A program made the position numbers and the translations under genes. The notes under the pieces are model-generated. The model searched no databases, was not told where the DNA came from, and worked only from the letters and a program-made list of their open reading frames with translations. Shown piece by piece: positions 37,121 through 47,761 of a stretch of DNA of 64,000 nt. Source of the DNA: Lysobacterales bacterium (GTDB taxonomy: Bacteria > Pseudomonadota > Gammaproteobacteria > Xanthomonadales > SZUA-5). The stretch spans positions 56,056-120,055 of the forward strand of contig JALHMH010000012.1 of NCBI GenBank assembly GCA_022844165.1, read 5' to 3'. Within the stretch, counting starts at the first letter, position 1; every line of letters begins with the position of its first letter.

Positions 37121-39064
37121 GTGAAGTTAAATCGTCTGACGCTTGGCGTCACATCCGTACTGCTGTTTCCTCTGACTGTTGGCGCAGCCGATATCGTTCC
37201 TAAGCAATTGGCGGGGCCTCCGGCAGAATTTGCAGCGATGCAGCCTGCGGATCCGGCAGAAGCGGCGGTGCATTCGAAAAGCGCCTTGTTGCCAGTTAGC
37301 CTGGGCGCCGACAAAGCTGGAGGATTCTCCAGTGAAATCGCTTTGCCCGTCGAGAGCGACAAACTAAGATTCCTGGTCTTGAATGGCGGAGCGTTGGATT
37401 GGTCAACGACGATGCGCGCGCCGAATGGCCGTAGTGAAAAGTCTGCGCGCGCACTCGCCACAGATGCACGCCAGGCCGACTTTGGCATCGATAACGCAAC
37501 CCACCCAGCAGACTATTACGCGTTTGATGGCATCAGTGAGGGCACGTGGAAACTCAAGTTGCGTTCGACCAGCGGAGCGACGCGCAACGGCTTTGTCCTG
37601 CTCGAAGGCGATTCGAGCACGCAATTGGTTTCCTATCTGGCGCATCGCAGGCAGCTGGTCGGCGAGTACATTTTTGTGGTTGCGACGGCGACGAACGAGT
37701 CGTCGGACGAATTGAAGTCGGGCCACAACGCAGCACCATCCATGTCGATGTCGATGCGCGTAACGTATCCAACCGGCGACATTTTGACGATCACGATGTT
37801 CGACGACGGCCAGCATAGCGATGGTGCGGCTGGCGATGGCATCTTTGGCGGCCGTTTTTTGGCGGACAAAGCCGGCAACTACCTGGCACAAGTGCGCCTC
37901 GATGGCACGAACGTCGAAGGGCGGCAGTTCGTTCGCACCGCCGAACATCCGATTCCAGTGGTCGAGCGCTCGCTGTCGCTCTCCGGCCACAAAGCCAGTG
38001 CGAGAACGAATTCTGACAGTGCGCGCCTGACGCTGGCAGTGCCAGTTGTGACGACAGAAAAGTCTCAATCGCACTACCGGGGATATGCGGAAGTTTGGGG
38101 AACCGACGGGGCGGGCCAGTGGGTTCCGGTTGCGTGGGTCTCGGGCATGCTTTCCCCGAGCGACGGCATGCTGGGTTTTGGCCTCGACAAACGCTGGATC
38201 GCACTGGCGGGTGCACGCGCGCCGTTCGAGCTTCGAAATGTGCGTTTCGAGGATACCAACGGCTATGTGACGGTTGCTGACGCGAACCGACTGGCGTTGC
38301 AAATGCCGGACCTGACGATTGACAAGGCCGCGCCCGGAAGTATCGCGATCGATGAGGCGATGACCATGGGCGTGCGCCCGGCGTCATTGAATGCAGAAAA
38401 GGGCACTGGAAAGCGTTTGTTACTGGTCCATGGCTATTGCTCGGGCGGTGTCTGGCCGGCTGCGCAGTTCAGCAATGCGTCGACTTTCCTGGACGCCAAT
38501 CAGAACCGGACTCACGACCAGTTTGCGCGTTTGATCTCGGGCTTCGGCAATACGTGGAACTCATTTGGTGTTGTGGCGCACAGTCAGGGCGGCGCAGCTT
38601 CGCTGCATCTGTACAACTACTATTGGAGCGGGCTCGATCGCGCCACCGGCAATCGTTTGATTCAGTCCGTCGGTACGCCATATCAAGGTACCAATCTCGC
38701 CGGCATTCTGGCGACATTGGGATCCTGGTTTGGCGTCGGCTGCTCATCCAACAATGACTTGACCTACAGCGGGGCAAGCGCCTGGTTAGCTGGTATCCCG
38801 ACTTCGTCGCGGGCGAAAGTGAACTACTACACGACCTCGTTTCGCTCGACGAACTGGTGGACAAACGACTATTGCCAGTTCGCGACGGATCTGGTGCTGA
38901 GCGATCCGGAAGACGGCACCACGGAGCAAGCAAAGGGTCAACTCTCTGGTGCGATGAATCGTGGCCACACAACGGGACAATGCCACACCGCTAATATGCG
39001 CGACCCGGCGCAGTACCTCGACTCGTCACGGAACGCGACGATGAATGCGAATGCCGCGCGCTGA
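37121..39064 (+). CDS. Secreted conditioned-medium-factor-like protein: choice-of-anchor X-type domain plus alpha/beta hydrolase
   Basis: GGAGG RBS and GTG start, signal peptide, MFDDGQHSDGAAGDGIFGG motif, LLVHGYC, nucleophile elbow AHSQGG, GTPYQGT, EDG, CH. Confidence 0.75.
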   Translation: MKLNRLTLGVTSVLLFPLTVGAADIVPKQLAGPPAEFAAMQPADPAEAAVHSKSALLPVSLGADKAGGFSSEIALPVESDKLRFLVLNGGALDWSTTMRAPNGRSEKSARALATDARQADFGIDNATHPADYYAFDGISEGTWKLKLRSTSGATRNGFVLLEGDSSTQLVSYLAHRRQLVGEYIFVVATATNESSDELKSGHNAAPSMSMSMRVTYPTGDILTITMFDDGQHSDGAAGDGIFGGRFLADKAGNYLAQVRLDGTNVEGRQFVRTAEHPIPVVERSLSLSGHKASARTNSDSARLTLAVPVVTTEKSQSHYRGYAEVWGTDGAGQWVPVAWVSGMLSPSDGMLGFGLDKRWIALAGARAPFELRNVRFEDTNGYVTVADANRLALQMPDLTIDKAAPGSIAIDEAMTMGVRPASLNAEKGTGKRLLLVHGYCSGGVWPAAQFSNASTFLDANQNRTHDQFARLISGFGNTWNSFGVVAHSQGGAASLHLYNYYWSGLDRATGNRLIQSVGTPYQGTNLAGILATLGSWFGVGCSSNNDLTYSGASAWLAGIPTSSRAKVNYYTTSFRSTNWWTNDYCQFATDLVLSDPEDGTTEQAKGQLSGAMNRGHTTGQCHTANMRDPAQYLDSSRNATMNANAAR

Positions 39065-39102
39065 TTGTTGGCTTTTTTCATCCCGTTCTTCTGCTGCCCA
39101 GG

Positions 39103-39279
39103 CAGGCTGTTGAGAGACCAGCCTGCTGGTGCGAACCGGCGATGGTTCGCTGATGGATCGAGCATGTTGGGGCCCGGCGGCTGCGCCGCCGGGCCGGAAA
39201 CGCGAAGCGCGGGGTTTTAGCAAGTACTTTGCCGAGCGAAGCCAACAATGCTGGGTGGTCTAAGGCGAAGCCTCGCCAG
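39103..39279. repeat. Composite repeat: left half of the 12648-type MITE joined to an inverted copy of the 31050-type repeat
   Basis: CAGGCTGTTGAGAGACCAGCCTGC..GCGAACC..GATGGTTCGC matches 12648-12694. 39174-39279 is the reverse complement of 31050-31163. Confidence 0.7.
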
Positions 39280-39552
39280 GGGTTAATTCTTGGAAAGCCA
39301 GTCCGGACGTGCGCCGGACTCGCGACCTCTGCAACGCACCCGAACCCCATTCAAAAAGGGGGCTTCAAACGCCAAAGTCGTTTCGTGGAAACATGGTCCA
39401 CGTTGCCAGCTTCCGCTCGGATAAGGGTTTTGGACGGTTCACGCATTGAGCGGCAAGAACGCGAATGACATCAACATTGTGTTGTCGACCGAACTGCGCC
39501 TACAATGGGCGGCTTGCCTGGCGACTACATTTCGCCGCAGCTCTCACGTTTT

Positions 39553-39595
39553 GCTCGGATGTCCGACATGGCAGAGGCCCGACGGGCATCTGGGC
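39553..39595 (+). promoter_or_regulatory. Putative rpsO (S15) leader hairpin
   Basis: 13-bp stem GCTCGGATGTCCG/CGGGCATCTGGGC with three G-U pairs, just upstream of the AAGGAG RBS of rpsO. Confidence 0.45.
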
Positions 39596-39631
39596 TTGAC
39601 GCTTATCTTATTCATAGACAAGGAGTTCATC

Positions 39632-39901
39632 ATGCCTCTGACCGCAGCCCAATCGGGCGAAGTGATCAAAAACCATGCCCGTACCGCAAATGACACTGGA
39701 TCGCCGGAAGTTCAAGTCGCGCTGTTGACTGCTCGAATTGAGCAGTTGTCAAAGCATTTTGAAGGTCACAAGAAAGACCATCATTCTCGTCGGGGGTTGC
39801 TCAAGCTCGTCAACCAGCGGCGTCAGCTGTTGGCGTACTTGAAGCGCAAGGACGATGCCCGCTACCGCGCATTGATCGGAAAACTGGGCCTGCGCCGCTA
39901 A
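39632..39901 (+). CDS. rpsO: 30S ribosomal protein S15
   Basis: [46 protein letters not shown]. Confidence 0.98.
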   Translation: MPLTAAQSGEVIKNHARTANDTGSPEVQVALLTARIEQLSKHFEGHKKDHHSRRGLLKLVNQRRQLLAYLKRKDDARYRALIGKLGLRR

Positions 39902-39916
39902 GCCGAATTAAGCGAA

Positions 39917-39990
39917 CGCCAGCGAGAACGAGACGAGCGACACGATCACCAGACTCACTGACTGATCGGGTCGCTTCGTCATTTCTGGCG
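39917..39990 (+). promoter_or_regulatory. Long hairpin in the rpsO-pnp intergenic region (candidate RNase III site)
   Basis: CGCCAG..GACGAGCGAC..GATCA pairs with TGATC..GTCGCTTCGTC..CTGGCG. Same position as the RNase III-cleaved pnp leader in E. coli. Confidence 0.55.
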
Positions 39991-40035
39991 ACCGTAAAAG
40001 TTTCACAGACGAAAACGACAAAGGAAGAAGAGAAC

Positions 40036-42138
40036 GTGGCAAAGGTCACTAAATCGTTTCAATATGGCGCCCACACGGTCACGATCGAGACGGGTGAGAT
40101 AGCGCGGCAGGCATCGGCGGCCGTCATGGTCAGCATGGGGGACACCGTGGTTCTGGTGACCGTTGTTGGCGACAAACGCGCCAAAGAGGGCCGCGATTTT
40201 TTCCCGCTCACGGTTAACTACCAAGAGAAATTTTATGCTGGCGGGCGCATTCCTGGCGGCTTCTTCAAGCGAGAAGGTCGGCCGACCGAGCGCGAAACGC
40301 TGACCTCGCGTTTGATCGATCGGCCAATCCGGCCATTGTTCCCCGAGGGCTTCTTTCACGACGTGCAAATCATGGCCACCGTGATGAGCATGGATCCTGA
40401 GATTGAGGGCGATATGCCCGCGATGATCGGTGCTTCGGCGGCGTTGGCATTGTCGGGACTGCCGTTCGCGGGTCCGATTGGCGGTGCCAAGGTTGGGTAT
40501 ATCGATGGTCAATATGTTCTGAATCCAACAGCTTCCGAGTTGAAGACCTCGAAACTGGAACTGGTCGTAGCGGGTACCGATAAGGCCGTTTTGATGGTCG
40601 AATCCGAAGCGCAGCTCTTGAGCGAAGATGTGATGCTTGGCGCGGTGATGTTTGGGCATCGTGCGTTGCAAGCCGCGATCGGCGCGATTCGGGAATTGGT
40701 CGCGGAAGTGGGCGTGGCGACATTCGAGTGGGCCAGGCCGGCCGAAATGCCGGCATTGGATGCTGCGGTCAAAGCGGTTGCCGAAGGCCCGCTCAATGCG
40801 GCCTACGATATTCGCGTCAAGCCTGACCGGCGTGCCGCGGTTTCGGCCGCCAAAGCCGACGCGATCGCGAAATTGGGGGACGCCAACGCTAACGATGGCG
40901 GGTGGACAAACGCCCAGGTTGCGCGCAGCTTCGAGAACCTCGAGTACGCACTGGTCCGCAATCGCATCATCGAAGGCCGACCGCGAATTGACGGCCGCGA
41001 TAGCACAACGATTCGACCCATCGCCGTGCGTACCAGCGTGCTGCCTCGCACCCATGGCTCGGCGTTGTTTACGCGCGGCGAGACGCAGGCCATCGCGACA
41101 GTAACGCTCGGAACGGGTAAGGACGCCCAGTTGATTGATGCCGTCGAAGGCGAGTCCAAAGAGACCTTCATGTTGCACTACAACTTCCCGCCGTTTTCCG
41201 TGGGCGAGATCAGCAACATGCTGGCGCCGAAGCGCCGAGAGATTGGCCACGGCCGCTTGGCCAAACGCGGCATCGCGGCTGTCATGCCCAGCGGCGAAGA
41301 ATTTCCGTATGTTGTGCGAGTGGTTTCCGAAGTGACTGAATCCAACGGCTCAAGCTCGATGGCATCGGTATGCGGCGCATCGCTTGCGTTGATGGATGCT
41401 GGCGTGCCGATCAAGGCGCCGGTGGCCGGTATCGCGATGGGTCTCATTAAAGAGGGCGATCGATTTGCTGTGATCAGCGACATTCTGGGTGATGAGGATC
41501 ATCTGGGTGACATGGACTTCAAGGTCGCCGGTGCGCACGAGGGCATCAGTGCGCTGCAGATGGACATTAAGATCGATGGCATTACCGAAGAGATCATGAA
41601 GGTTGCGTTGAGCCAGGCGCGTATGGGACGGCAGCACATTCTGGTCGAGATGGCCAAGGATCTGGACAAGCCGCGACCCGAAATGAGCCTGTACGCGCCG
41701 CGCTTGTTCACCATGAAGATCCATCCTGACAAGATTCGCGATGTGATCGGAAAGGGTGGGGTTACGATCCGCGCAATCACGGAAGAAACCGGAACCTCGA
41801 TCGACATCCAGGACGACGGTACCATCACCATCGCATCGAACAATCAGGCTGCGGCCGATGCGGCGCGCAATCGTATCGAGATGATCACGGCCGATGTTGA
41901 GCCCGGCCGAATCTACGAAGGCAAGGTCGCCAAGCTCATGGACTTTGGAGCGTTCGTGACGATCTTGCCCGGCCGCGATGGTCTGGTGCATGTTTCGCAG
42001 ATTTCCAACGAGCGTGTCGAGAAGGTGTCGGACAAGCTCAAGGAAGGCGATGTGGTGCGAGTCAAAGTGTTGGAGGTCGACAAACAAGGTCGCATTCGAT
42101 TGTCGATCAAAGCGGTGGACGAGGAAACGGTGGCTTAA
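40036..42138 (+). CDS. pnp: Polyribonucleotide nucleotidyltransferase (PNPase)
   Basis: [53 protein letters not shown] and S1 domains. Confidence 0.98.
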   Translation: MAKVTKSFQYGAHTVTIETGEIARQASAAVMVSMGDTVVLVTVVGDKRAKEGRDFFPLTVNYQEKFYAGGRIPGGFFKREGRPTERETLTSRLIDRPIRPLFPEGFFHDVQIMATVMSMDPEIEGDMPAMIGASAALALSGLPFAGPIGGAKVGYIDGQYVLNPTASELKTSKLELVVAGTDKAVLMVESEAQLLSEDVMLGAVMFGHRALQAAIGAIRELVAEVGVATFEWARPAEMPALDAAVKAVAEGPLNAAYDIRVKPDRRAAVSAAKADAIAKLGDANANDGGWTNAQVARSFENLEYALVRNRIIEGRPRIDGRDSTTIRPIAVRTSVLPRTHGSALFTRGETQAIATVTLGTGKDAQLIDAVEGESKETFMLHYNFPPFSVGEISNMLAPKRREIGHGRLAKRGIAAVMPSGEEFPYVVRVVSEVTESNGSSSMASVCGASLALMDAGVPIKAPVAGIAMGLIKEGDRFAVISDILGDEDHLGDMDFKVAGAHEGISALQMDIKIDGITEEIMKVALSQARMGRQHILVEMAKDLDKPRPEMSLYAPRLFTMKIHPDKIRDVIGKGGVTIRAITEETGTSIDIQDDGTITIASNNQAAADAARNRIEMITADVEPGRIYEGKVAKLMDFGAFVTILPGRDGLVHVSQISNERVEKVSDKLKEGDVVRVKVLEVDKQGRIRLSIKAVDEETVA

Positions 42139-42160
42139 CTTCCTTTGTTGCCCGAACTGC

Positions 42161-42189
42161 AAAAGAGCGCCGGCAACGGCGCTTTTTTG
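42161..42189 (+). terminator. Rho-independent terminator after pnp
   Basis: AAAAGAGCGCCG-GCAA-CGGCGCTTTTTT: GC stem, GNRA loop, U-tract. Confidence 0.85.
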
Positions 42190-42331
42190 TTAGTCCGTCC
42201 GGCAGCGTCGACTGATGCAGACCACGCGCGCGTGGGCCGGACCGCGCGCTGTCTGTGTTTCGGAACTTCTTTCCGGTTCTTGTGCCGAAGAACGCGTAGC
42301 CTTCATCGCGCCCAACTACGACGACTATTGC

Positions 42332-44491
42332 ATGCATTTGATCCAACCCAAGGTTCTCGATCGACTAGCCGAACACGCCGAGTGTTTTCGCCGAGCCAGA
42401 CCATTTCGCCACCAGGTCATTGATGACTTCCTTGATCGGGGGTTTTGCGAGCAGCTACTGGCAGATTTTCCCGCGTTCGATGCGCGATATGCGAAGAACG
42501 AAGTGGGCGCCGTCGGCGAAAAGGCCGTGCGCATGGATATGCCTTCGCTCTCTCCGGCATTTGCCCGGCTCGACCGCTATTTGCAATCGCGCGAGTTCCT
42601 CAGCACGATCGAGCAGCTGACTGGCATACCGGAACTTCTCTACGATGCGGACTACGTGGGCGGAGGCACTCATGAAAACCGACACGGGCAGGGTCTCGAT
42701 ATTCATGTCGATTTCAATGTGTTGCCAGCGCGGGGCTGGCACCGTCGGTTGAACTTAATCGTCTATCTAAACCCAGAGTGGGAAGAATCGTGGGGTGGCG
42801 CTTTGGAACTGCACGCCGATCCTTGGGCCGGTTCGGGGCCGTTTCTGAAGCTCGCTCCAGCGTTCAATCGGTGTGCGATTTTCGAAACCAATGAAGTCTC
42901 GTGGCATGGATTCGAGCGCATCGAATTACCAGAAGACCGTCGCCATCTCACACGCAAGTCGATCGCCGTGTATCTGTACACAGCAACGCGGCCGGCCCAG
43001 GAAACCGCGCCTTCGCACGGCACGATTTATGTGCCAGCCGGACTGCCTGATGACGTCCGCCCGGATAGCGTGCTAAGCCACGAGCAGTGGTTGCAGCTGC
43101 GCCGTCGGTTCGCGCAGATGCGCAGTCAGCTCAAGTTCCTCTACCAGCGTGAACTTCAGGCCAGTGCGCAACTGGAGGCCGCCGCCCGCGCACTTTCCGA
43201 AGCGCAAGCAGCAGTGGCACTACCGCTGTTGGGCAGCGCTACAAGCAGTGGTGTTTCCGGATACTGGCCGGATGGCTGGATGACTGTGCGGTTAGCTGCA
43301 GAATTGTATCTTGCGCGTGGCGTCACTGAAGTTTCATTCGAGCTTTGGGCGCCCCCGCAACTGGCCCGCGAGCAAGTGCTGGTGATTACGTTTGGTGACG
43401 ACAACACGACCGCCACAATTGCGCCGGGTCAGCGTGTCCGTTTGCGTGCGCCCGTGCATGCCCGTGCCGGCGCTACGCTTGCGCTGCGCATGGATGCCAG
43501 CGAGAGTTTTCTACCAACGACCGGTGATGTGCGCAGGCTGGCTCTGAAGCTCATTGCAATCGAAATGACGCATGACGACAGCAAGAGCGATTGGCTGCTT
43601 AGCGCTGCTGTGAGTGCCAGGAAAGCGATCCGTGTCGCGACGGAGACGATTCGCACGGCGCATCCCAACGGTCATTTTTACTCGCCCGTCTGTGATCCGG
43701 CGGATCTCAAGAAGCGCTCGGAAGAACTCTGGCCGCCGTCGCCTGCGTTGCCGATCGGCATCGATTTTCAACCAGCGCGCCACGAGCAGATTCTGCGCGA
43801 GTGGTTTCCGCGTCATCGGCCGGCGTACGACTACCCCGAAAGTGGCGCCAGTGATGACGAGTTGACGCACTTTTACACGCGCAACTCGCAGTTCTCCTGG
43901 CTCGATGCGCGTGCGCTGTTTGTCTTGCTCTGCGAACTCAAGCCCAAGCGCATCATAGAAGTGGGCTCGGGATACTCGTCGCTGCTGATGGCCGATGTGA
44001 ATCGACGTTTTCTGGGTGGCAGCGTCGATATCCGCTGCATCGAGCCTTATCCGCGCCCGTTCCTGACACGCGGACTGCCGGGCATCGCCGAGGTCATCGT
44101 CGAGCGCGTCGAGCGCGTGCCACTGGCGACTTTCGAGTCGCTCCAGTCTGGCGATGTGCTGTTCATCGACTCGTCGCACGTCAGCAAAACGGGCAGCGAC
44201 GTCAACACGCTGTTCTTCGATGTGTTGCCGCGTTTGCGACAGGGCGTCATCGTGCATGTGCACGACATCTTCTTGCCGTCGGAATACTTGCAAGAATGGG
44301 TGCTCGAGGAAAACCGCAGCTGGAACGAGCAGTACCTGCTGCGCGCAATGCTGATGCATAGCGAGGCATTCGAGGTTCTGTTCGCGTGCAACTATGCTGC
44401 GCTTCATCACGCCGAAGCGCTCGCCGTGGCGCTCGGCGTACCGCCCGAGAAAGCCTTCGGTGGGGGCAGTTTCTGGATACGCCGACGATAG
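42332..44491 (+). CDS. Fused 2OG-Fe(II) oxygenase / beta-sandwich / class I SAM methyltransferase (Methyltransf_24-like)
   Basis: N-terminal PFRH..IDDF, GGGTH, HVDFN, RRLNL, SWHGF, RKSIA. C-terminal PNGHFYSP, IIEVGSGYSS, LFIDSSH, VHVHDIF, WNEQY. One continuous frame. Confidence 0.8.
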   Translation: MHLIQPKVLDRLAEHAECFRRARPFRHQVIDDFLDRGFCEQLLADFPAFDARYAKNEVGAVGEKAVRMDMPSLSPAFARLDRYLQSREFLSTIEQLTGIPELLYDADYVGGGTHENRHGQGLDIHVDFNVLPARGWHRRLNLIVYLNPEWEESWGGALELHADPWAGSGPFLKLAPAFNRCAIFETNEVSWHGFERIELPEDRRHLTRKSIAVYLYTATRPAQETAPSHGTIYVPAGLPDDVRPDSVLSHEQWLQLRRRFAQMRSQLKFLYQRELQASAQLEAAARALSEAQAAVALPLLGSATSSGVSGYWPDGWMTVRLAAELYLARGVTEVSFELWAPPQLAREQVLVITFGDDNTTATIAPGQRVRLRAPVHARAGATLALRMDASESFLPTTGDVRRLALKLIAIEMTHDDSKSDWLLSAAVSARKAIRVATETIRTAHPNGHFYSPVCDPADLKKRSEELWPPSPALPIGIDFQPARHEQILREWFPRHRPAYDYPESGASDDELTHFYTRNSQFSWLDARALFVLLCELKPKRIIEVGSGYSSLLMADVNRRFLGGSVDIRCIEPYPRPFLTRGLPGIAEVIVERVERVPLATFESLQSGDVLFIDSSHVSKTGSDVNTLFFDVLPRLRQGVIVHVHDIFLPSEYLQEWVLEENRSWNEQYLLRAMLMHSEAFEVLFACNYAALHHAEALAVALGVPPEKAFGGGSFWIRRR

Positions 44492-44497
44492 TGCTCG

Positions 44498-44887
44498 CTA
44501 AGGCCTCTTCGGGCAGCGATTCAAAAGCCACGCCGTTGGTGGAAACGTCAACCACGGCGTCAAATAAAAGACTGTGAGGTACCAGAAGGAAGACAGGTAC
44601 CCAAAGCCATGCCCCAGGTAGACACCGCAATAGAGCGTGTCGAGGATGGCAAACGGAACGGTAAAGTACAGTGCAATCCAGAACGCGCGATTGCGACGTC
44701 GTTCAGCCGAGTGCGGCGCCAGCACCGCGACAGCAACGAGCGAAAAACCGACGGAAAGAAGCACACAGCCCACGGCGACAAACACCGTTGAGTACTGCTG
44801 ATAGTAGGACGGTAATCCGGCAAGCCAAAAAAGCGCCCAAACGACCACCGCCTGAAACAGAAGCTTGATGTGATGGCGACGCGACAA
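44498..44887 (-). CDS. Hypothetical four-TM membrane protein
   Basis: 129 aa, hydrophobic, directly downstream of fabI on the same strand. Confidence 0.6.
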   Translation of the reverse strand: MSRRHHIKLLFQAVVVWALFWLAGLPSYYQQYSTVFVAVGCVLLSVGFSLVAVAVLAPHSAERRRNRAFWIALYFTVPFAILDTLYCGVYLGHGFGYLSSFWYLTVFYLTPWLTFPPTAWLLNRCPKRP

Positions 44888-44941
44888 TTCAGCAATTCCT
44901 TGTTGGAGTCAGAGCGGCTTGGGCGATCGTGAGTAAATTTC

Positions 44942-45730
44942 TCATCCCACCAACTCGCCCATACTCACATGGCTGTAGCCACCATCGACATACAGCACTT
45001 CGCCAGTGACGCCGGCCGCCAGATCCGAGCATAGGAATGCGGCCGCGTTGCCAACGTCCTCAATGGTAACGTTGCGGCGGATGGGCGACGTTTTTTCGAC
45101 GTGATCGAGCATCTTGCGCAGGTTTCCGACGCCAGCTGCGGCGAGCGTCTTGATTGGCCCTGCCGAAATTGCATTGACACGGGTGCCTTCCGGGCCGAGG
45201 TCTTGAGCCAGAAAGCGGACCGAGGCTTCCAGTGAGGCTTTGGCCAGCCCCATCACGTTGTAACTGGGTAGCGCGCGCACTGCGCCCAGATAGCTTAGCG
45301 TGAGCAGTGCGCCTTGGCGCGATTGCATCAGCGGGCGTGAGGCCTTCGCCATCGCCGCAAAACTGTAGGAGCTGATTTCATGGGCGATTTTGAATCCGTC
45401 ACGCGTAACCGCATCGACGAATCGACCCTGCAGTTGCTCGCGCGGCGCAAATGCGATCGCGTGCACGACGACATCGATGCTGTCCCAATGTTCGCTCAAG
45501 CGCGCGAACATGCGTTCAATATCGCCTTCATTGGCGACATCGCAAGGAATCACCGGGCCACCACCGAACTCGGCAGCGGCATCGTCCACACGTTCTTTAA
45601 GGCGCTCGGTCTGGTATGAGAATGCGAGGCTTGCGCCTTGTTTGTGCATCGCCTGGGCGATACCCCAGGCGATTGAGCGGCTCGATGCGATGCCCGTAAT
45701 CAATGCGCGTTTGCCAGCCAGAATTGCCAC
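44942..45730 (-). CDS. fabI: Enoyl-ACP reductase FabI
   Basis: [51 protein letters not shown]. Confidence 0.96.
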   Translation of the reverse strand: MAILAGKRALITGIASSRSIAWGIAQAMHKQGASLAFSYQTERLKERVDDAAAEFGGGPVIPCDVANEGDIERMFARLSEHWDSIDVVVHAIAFAPREQLQGRFVDAVTRDGFKIAHEISSYSFAAMAKASRPLMQSRQGALLTLSYLGAVRALPSYNVMGLAKASLEASVRFLAQDLGPEGTRVNAISAGPIKTLAAAGVGNLRKMLDHVEKTSPIRRNVTIEDVGNAAAFLCSDLAAGVTGEVLYVDGGYSHVSMGELVG

Positions 45731-45808
45731 GTCGTCCTCCGATCCTATACGAAGGTCGACAGTATGCTTTCAACTCCGATCCGGGTGTTGATAGATCGAC
45801 GCAGTTGC

Positions 45809-46981
45809 TTACCCGCTACTTAAGCGGATTTCTTGTCCCAGCCGCAGCACTGAACGCTTGCTCAGGCCATTCCACTGCATCAAATCGCCCAATTTGACTC
45901 GGTATCGGCGTGCGATCGTCCAAAGCGAATCTCCAGACACCACTCGATGGACTCTCGTTTTCGACACCGCAGCGTTGTCATTTGGAACCGCGCGCGGCCT
46001 GGCCATGGCAAATTGCCTCGCGGTGTCGGCTGCTCGAAGGGTTTCCAGCGCAACTTGACTGACCAGCAGCGGTTTGTCCGGTCCGGCCATCCGGCGCTGG
46101 CTTGCTGAGCGGTTAATGGCGCTGGCAAATTTGCTATCCATGCCCGCCAATAGGAAAACGCTTTGTGGATCGATCGGATAGCTGGGTGTGAATTCCGCGA
46201 GTCTGCTGTCGACCGCGAAGGTGGGGAGTTCCAGATCGAACCGTTCGGGTTCGCCTAACAGACAACCGAGTGCTTTAACCTTGTCAAGGTAGTCGCGAGT
46301 GGTCTTGGTCAAACCCAGGCCATCGAGCGAAGTGAGCGTTTGCATGTCGCGGCCATTCAGCGCTTTGCGAACGCGATGATCGCCGGCGTTATAGGCGGCA
46401 TACATCAGTTTAGGGTTCCGCTCGAATTTGTCGGCATTCGCCTTGAGCAGCGTCAATGCCGCGCGGGTTGACGCAATGACATCCGTTCGTGGGTCGGCAC
46501 CACCATCGGGCTTGAGGCCCAGATGCCGTGCTGTAGCCGGCATGAGTTGCCACAGGCCCAGCGCACCACCCGGACCACGCGCATCCGGCCGGTAATAGCT
46601 TTCGACGATCGGCAGCAACATGGTCTCGCCTGGCAAGCCGAGTACTTCGCTCCTGGTCAATACATAGTCCATCAGTGGCAGGGTAGGTGCGAGCGTTTGT
46701 GCAAAGCGTTTTCGGCTGGCGGCATAACGACCGATCCATGCCTGGACACCTGGCGTCAATTCACACGGCTGCCAATGACGGCGATCGCGAAAACGCGTCC
46801 AAAGATCGCGCTCAGTGGCAACGAGGTAGGTCTTTGCAAGTGGCATCGGAGGTGGCAATGCCTCCGTAATCGCCTGGGGCAGAACCGGTGTGGGCAACCC
46901 TGTTGGCGGTGATTTCAGCGTCGGTAGCGACGCACACCCGGCCAGGCTGGCAAGCGCCAGGATGAACAATCTGATGATCAA
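45809..46981 (-). CDS. mltD: Lipoprotein lytic transglycosylase with LysM (MltD-like)
   Basis: Lipobox LAGC, catalytic IVES, GLWQLM, AAYNAG, C-terminal LysM HRVVSGDSLWTIARRY. Confidence 0.85.
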   Translation of the reverse strand: MIIRLFILALASLAGCASLPTLKSPPTGLPTPVLPQAITEALPPPMPLAKTYLVATERDLWTRFRDRRHWQPCELTPGVQAWIGRYAASRKRFAQTLAPTLPLMDYVLTRSEVLGLPGETMLLPIVESYYRPDARGPGGALGLWQLMPATARHLGLKPDGGADPRTDVIASTRAALTLLKANADKFERNPKLMYAAYNAGDHRVRKALNGRDMQTLTSLDGLGLTKTTRDYLDKVKALGCLLGEPERFDLELPTFAVDSRLAEFTPSYPIDPQSVFLLAGMDSKFASAINRSASQRRMAGPDKPLLVSQVALETLRAADTARQFAMARPRAVPNDNAAVSKTRVHRVVSGDSLWTIARRYRVKLGDLMQWNGLSKRSVLRLGQEIRLSSG

Positions 46982-47059
46982 GCGGCTGACTCGGTGCCGA
47001 TGGGGCGCGGATGGTCACATCGCCGTCGGCCAAAGGTCAATGTGCAGCGCACACCCGTT

Positions 47060-47761
47060 ATGCTTCCGCACATGATTGATTTAGCCCCCGATGCCCAAGA
47101 CCCACGTATCGCCTCCCGCATCGAGGCGACGTGCGAGCGCTGGATAGAAAGCCACTGGCGCGACTGCGCCGGCCTGGCGCTGCGGTTGTCGCATGATCCG
47201 CCGGATGTCGTTGAGCGCCCGGGGCGCACTCGCTTCGATGCGCAACTCCACGGTGGTGATATGGTCGCACCGGTTCGATGTTCGATGCCCTGGTTGCCTT
47301 TCGACGATGGCGCTTTCGGTTTTGTTGTGCTCGATCGATGTCGCATCGGGCCGTCGCATTGGCCGCAGTTGCTGGAAGAGTGTTTTCGCGTCGTTGCCGG
47401 TAACGGGCGATTGTTGATTGTCAACGTCAATCCTTTTGGTTGGGCAGGTTGTCTGGATCGTTTTTCTGGTCGCCAGCTTGCTCCTCCCATGTACCGCCTG
47501 CGTCGCGAGTTACGCGTGCAAGGCTGGGCCGACGTTAGCTGCGAGCGCCGGCTATGCTGGCCACCTCTCCCGGCCGTACTGATTGATTCGATTGGCGATG
47601 GGATGGACCTCGTTGGGCAGCGCTTCTGGTCGACCTGGTCCAGCCTCTATGGACTGTCTGCGCGGCGCGAAGAAAGCAACATCATCCGGATACCGTTGCG
47701 TCGCGGACAGCAAAGTCGGGCGGCGGTGACCGCCGCTCAGGGGCTACGTCGTGTCGGCTGA
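47060..47761 (+). CDS. YafS-like class I methyltransferase-fold protein (degenerate)
   Basis: LPFDDGAFGFVVL, LLEECFRVVAGNGRLLIVNVNPFGW. Canonical position upstream of rnhA. Confidence 0.7.
   Translation: MLPHMIDLAPDAQDPRIASRIEATCERWIESHWRDCAGLALRLSHDPPDVVERPGRTRFDAQLHGGDMVAPVRCSMPWLPFDDGAFGFVVLDRCRIGPSHWPQLLEECFRVVAGNGRLLIVNVNPFGWAGCLDRFSGRQLAPPMYRLRRELRVQGWADVSCERRLCWPPLPAVLIDSIGDGMDLVGQRFWSTWSSLYGLSARREESNIIRIPLRRGQQSRAAVTAAQGLRRVG

Noticed and set aside
40003-41250. 415-aa minus-strand ORF
   Set aside because: Antisense shadow of pnp.
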